Assembly: GCA_964354405.1 (NCBI GenBank)
Contig: CAYGZP010000001.1
Location: forward strand, 382,570 to 406,569
Origin: Candidatus Woesearchaeota archaeon
Lineage (GTDB): Archaea > Nanobdellota > Nanobdellia > Pacearchaeales > UBA284
Reading direction: 5' to 3'
Length of the DNA: 24,000 nucleotides
The notes under the pieces: generated by a model
The model's input: only the letters and a program-made list of their open reading frames with translations
What the model was told of the DNA's origin: nothing
The model's database searches: none
Made by a program: the position numbers and the translations under genes
In this document: positions 21,842-24,000 of the stretch, piece by piece
How positions within the stretch are numbered: the first letter of the stretch is position 1
Layout of the letters: each line of letters starts with the position of its first letter

Positions 21842-22051
21842 CTACTTCACTTCTTTTATCTGGATGATATTCACTGGGCACACGTCTGCCGCGTCCTTGT
21901 TGCATTTGTATTCTGCGTCGCTGATTGTTGTTTTCTTTGGTTTTGCTTTTCCATCACTTGCCATCACCCAGTTATCAGGGCAAGCCGCAACACACGCGCC
22001 GCATCCAATGCATTTCTCATGCTCCTGAGTTATCTTGAATTTTTTTGTCAT
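21842..22051 (-). CDS. fdx: Small 4Fe-4S (or 3Fe-4S) ferredoxin
   Basis: 69 aa with CIGCGACVAACP plus a distal CP (ADVCPVN), which is the single-cluster ferredoxin pattern. A TATA box lies about 25 nt upstream. Confidence 0.8.
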   Translation of the reverse strand: MTKKFKITQEHEKCIGCGACVAACPDNWVMASDGKAKPKKTTISDAEYKCNKDAADVCPVNIIQIKEVK

Positions 22052-22113
22052 TCTTATTGTTATATGTTTAAGATTTAAAAATATTTATGATAAGCCTTGT
22101 TTATCAGGATTTA

Positions 22114-24000
22114 TTATTTATTTCCATTACTAACACCGTTTCCATTAACATCAACTTCTGAAACATCAACGACTTTAGCCAAGTCAGTGACTTTATCATC
22201 CGCTCTCAACTTGATAATTCTCACTCCCTGGGTTGCTCTGCCCATGACTCTCAAATCCTTGCAAGATATTCTGATAACCATTCCTTTTGATGTTGTAATA
22301 ATCCCCGAATCTTTATCATTAACTGACACAGTTGTAATAACTGTTCCAGTCTTGTCCGATACTCTCAAATTGATTACTCCCTTGCAAGCTCTTCCAGTTA
22401 ATCTGTAATCTTCAATCGCGCTTCTCTTTCCATAACCCTTTTCTGTGATAGTAAGAATAGTGCTCTTTGGGTCATCCAAAACTTCAAGCGATACAACCTC
22501 ATCTTTACTATCAAGTTTTATTCCTGTGACCCCATAAGATGCGCGCCCCATTGATCTCACCTCATCGCTGTTGAATCTTATTGCCTGTCCGTCTTTTGTC
22601 ACGAGCAAAACTTCTTGCTTTTCCTTGATTAGTTTTACATCTATGACAATATCGCTGTTGTCTTGAGGCAAGTTGACGACTCTGACTCCAGAAGCTCTTG
22701 GCTTGCTGAGCAATGAAAGATTCATTTTCTTCACTTGCCCTTTCTTTGTGACTATCATCAAAAAGTCTTTGAACTCCTTGACAGCCATGATGCTCTGTAT
22801 TGTTTCATCTTTCAAGCTTACCAAGTTGATTAGGGCTTTTCCCTTGCTGTATTTCTCGGCTCCTGGAACAAGATAAGCTTTCAACCAATAAACTCGTCCT
22901 TTATTTGTAAACAATAACAAGTAATCGTGAGTTGAGCAAGTGATTATCTGTTTTACAAAATCTCCGGTTGCCAAGTCACTTCCTATAACTCCCTTGCCCC
23001 CGCGCTTCTGCTCCTTGTAATCCTTGACATCAATTCTCTTGCAATATCCTTTGTCAGTGATTGTTATGACAACATCTTTCTTGCTCACCAAGTCCTTTTC
23101 CTCAATTTCCGAGATTCTCTGCAAGATTTGTGTTCTTCTCTCATCGCCATATCTTCTTTTTAACTCTGAAACTTCTTTCTTGATGACACTTAATATTTCT
23201 TTTCCACTTGCTAATATTCTCTCGAGCTCTTTTATTAGCTCTTTCAATTTCTTTTCCTCATCTTTGAGTTTGTCTTGCTCCAAGCTTGTCAAGCTGCTGA
23301 GCTTCATATCCAAGATGGCTTGAGCCTGTTTTCCAGTGAGTGAGAACTTCTTTAAAAGTGAATCATAAGCTTCAGTAGTATTCTTGCTTCCTTTGATAAG
23401 TTTGACAACCGCATCGATATCCTTGAGCGCAATCAAGAGTCCCTGGATAATTTCCTCGCGCTCCTGCGCTTTCTTCAAATCAAACTTTGTCCTCTTTGTG
23501 ACAATAATCTCTCGATATTTAACATATTCCTCTATAAAGTTTTTCAAATTGAGCTGTTTAGGATGCCCTTTCACAAGAGCAATCATATTCACATCAAAAT
23601 TATCTTGCAATCTAGTAAACTTGTAAAGCCTGTTAAGAGTGAATTTATAATCCGCTCCTTTTCTTAATTCTATGACAATGCGGACTTTGCCTTTCGCAGA
23701 TTCATCTCGCAAATCCCAAACATCTGGCAACTTTTTCTCCTGGATTAATCTCGCCATGTCCTTGACAAGCTCTGACTTGTTTAACATGTAAGGGATTTCT
23801 GTAACAATGATGCTTGTCTTGCCTTTGTGCTCCTCTGTTGTTGTCTTCGCTCTCAAAACAATTCTGCCTTTGCCTGTCTTGTAAATTTCCAGGAAGTTTG
23901 CATTAGCCTGCCCGCCTGTAGGAAAATCAGGGCCGATTATTATCTCTGACAGTTTTTCTATTGTGATTTCTGGATTGTTAATATAAGTATTAATGGCGTC
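22114..24000 (-). CDS. gyrA: DNA gyrase subunit A (N-terminus beyond window edge)
   Basis: The frame stays open to base 24000. It translates ...IIGPDFPTGGQ...GKGRIVLRAKTT...IVTEIPY...LRDESAKGKVRIVIELK..., followed by C-terminal beta-pinwheel repeats. The track's M at 23856 is an internal TTG (Leu). Confidence 0.93.
   Translation of the reverse strand, partial: DAINTYINNPEITIEKLSEIIIGPDFPTGGQANANFLEIYKTGKGRIVLRAKTTTEEHKGKTSIIVTEIPYMLNKSELVKDMARLIQEKKLPDVWDLRDESAKGKVRIVIELRKGADYKFTLNRLYKFTRLQDNFDVNMIALVKGHPKQLNLKNFIEEYVKYREIIVTKRTKFDLKKAQEREEIIQGLLIALKDIDAVVKLIKGSKNTTEAYDSLLKKFSLTGKQAQAILDMKLSSLTSLEQDKLKDEEKKLKELIKELERILASGKEILSVIKKEVSELKRRYGDERRTQILQRISEIEEKDLVSKKDVVITITDKGYCKRIDVKDYKEQKRGGKGVIGSDLATGDFVKQIITCSTHDYLLLFTNKGRVYWLKAYLVPGAEKYSKGKALINLVSLKDETIQSIMAVKEFKDFLMIVTKKGQVKKMNLSLLSKPRASGVRVVNLPQDNSDIVIDVKLIKEKQEVLLVTKDGQAIRFNSDEVRSMGRASYGVTGIKLDSKDEVVSLEVLDDPKSTILTITEKGYGKRSAIEDYRLTGRACKGVINLRVSDKTGTVITTVSVNDKDSGIITTSKGMVIRISCKDLRVMGRATQGVRIIKLRADDKVTDLAKVVDVSEVDVNGNGVSNGNK

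Noticed and set aside
237-23626. Numerous 60-150-aa antisense or out-of-frame ORFs in the track (for example 237-527, 4364-4591, 5930-6394, 9013-9387, 9592-9855, 15343-15537, 16927-17407, 17490-18125, 18958-19386, 22097-22408, 23024-23626)
   Set aside because: Each lies entirely inside a longer ORF with clear homology motifs on the other strand or in another frame. Their compositions are low-complexity and they contain no motifs.
1-24000. CRISPR arrays, rRNA genes, IS elements, transposases or integrases
   Set aside because: I saw no regularly spaced direct repeats, no rRNA-like conserved blocks, no terminal inverted repeats, and no DDE or tyrosine-recombinase motifs in any frame.

Overview
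AT-rich archaeal chromosomal window. The archaeal call rests on archaeal-type FEN1, family-B DNA polymerase, uS2, ThrRS with an archaeal N-terminal editing domain, TATA boxes about 26 nt upstream of start codons, and a bulge-helix-bulge tRNA intron. A DPANN-like origin is my inference only. Housekeeping genes: fen, polB, rnhB, rps2, thrS, ferredoxin and partial gyrA. The main result is a compact diversity-generating retroelement (DGR) at 6590-8678. It has a 251-aa target gene whose variable region (about 7090-7183) matches a template repeat (about 7541-7634). All 15 core mismatches fall on template adenines, and a DGR-type reverse transcriptase follows the template directly. Second, the tRNA cluster at 9392-12454 is invaded by two different LAGLIDADG homing-endonuclease genes. 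One sits between 12-bp direct repeats that duplicate the 5' end of an initiator-like tRNA-Met, which also carries a 29-nt D-arm intron. The other, together with an intact tRNA-Thr(CGU), separates matching 5' and 3' pieces of another tRNA by 1.1 kb. Other points: an AT-rich operon of seven small, mostly membrane ORFs with ATGA-coupled junctions next to the tRNA fragment; a receptor-like membrane protein with a degenerate class III cyclase-homology domain; a Cys-rich surface protein; a tRNA with apparent anticodon AGG; and a quasi-palindromic promoter between divergent tRNAs. All calls were made by eye from motifs. No searches were run, and RNA coordinates may be off by 1-2 nt.
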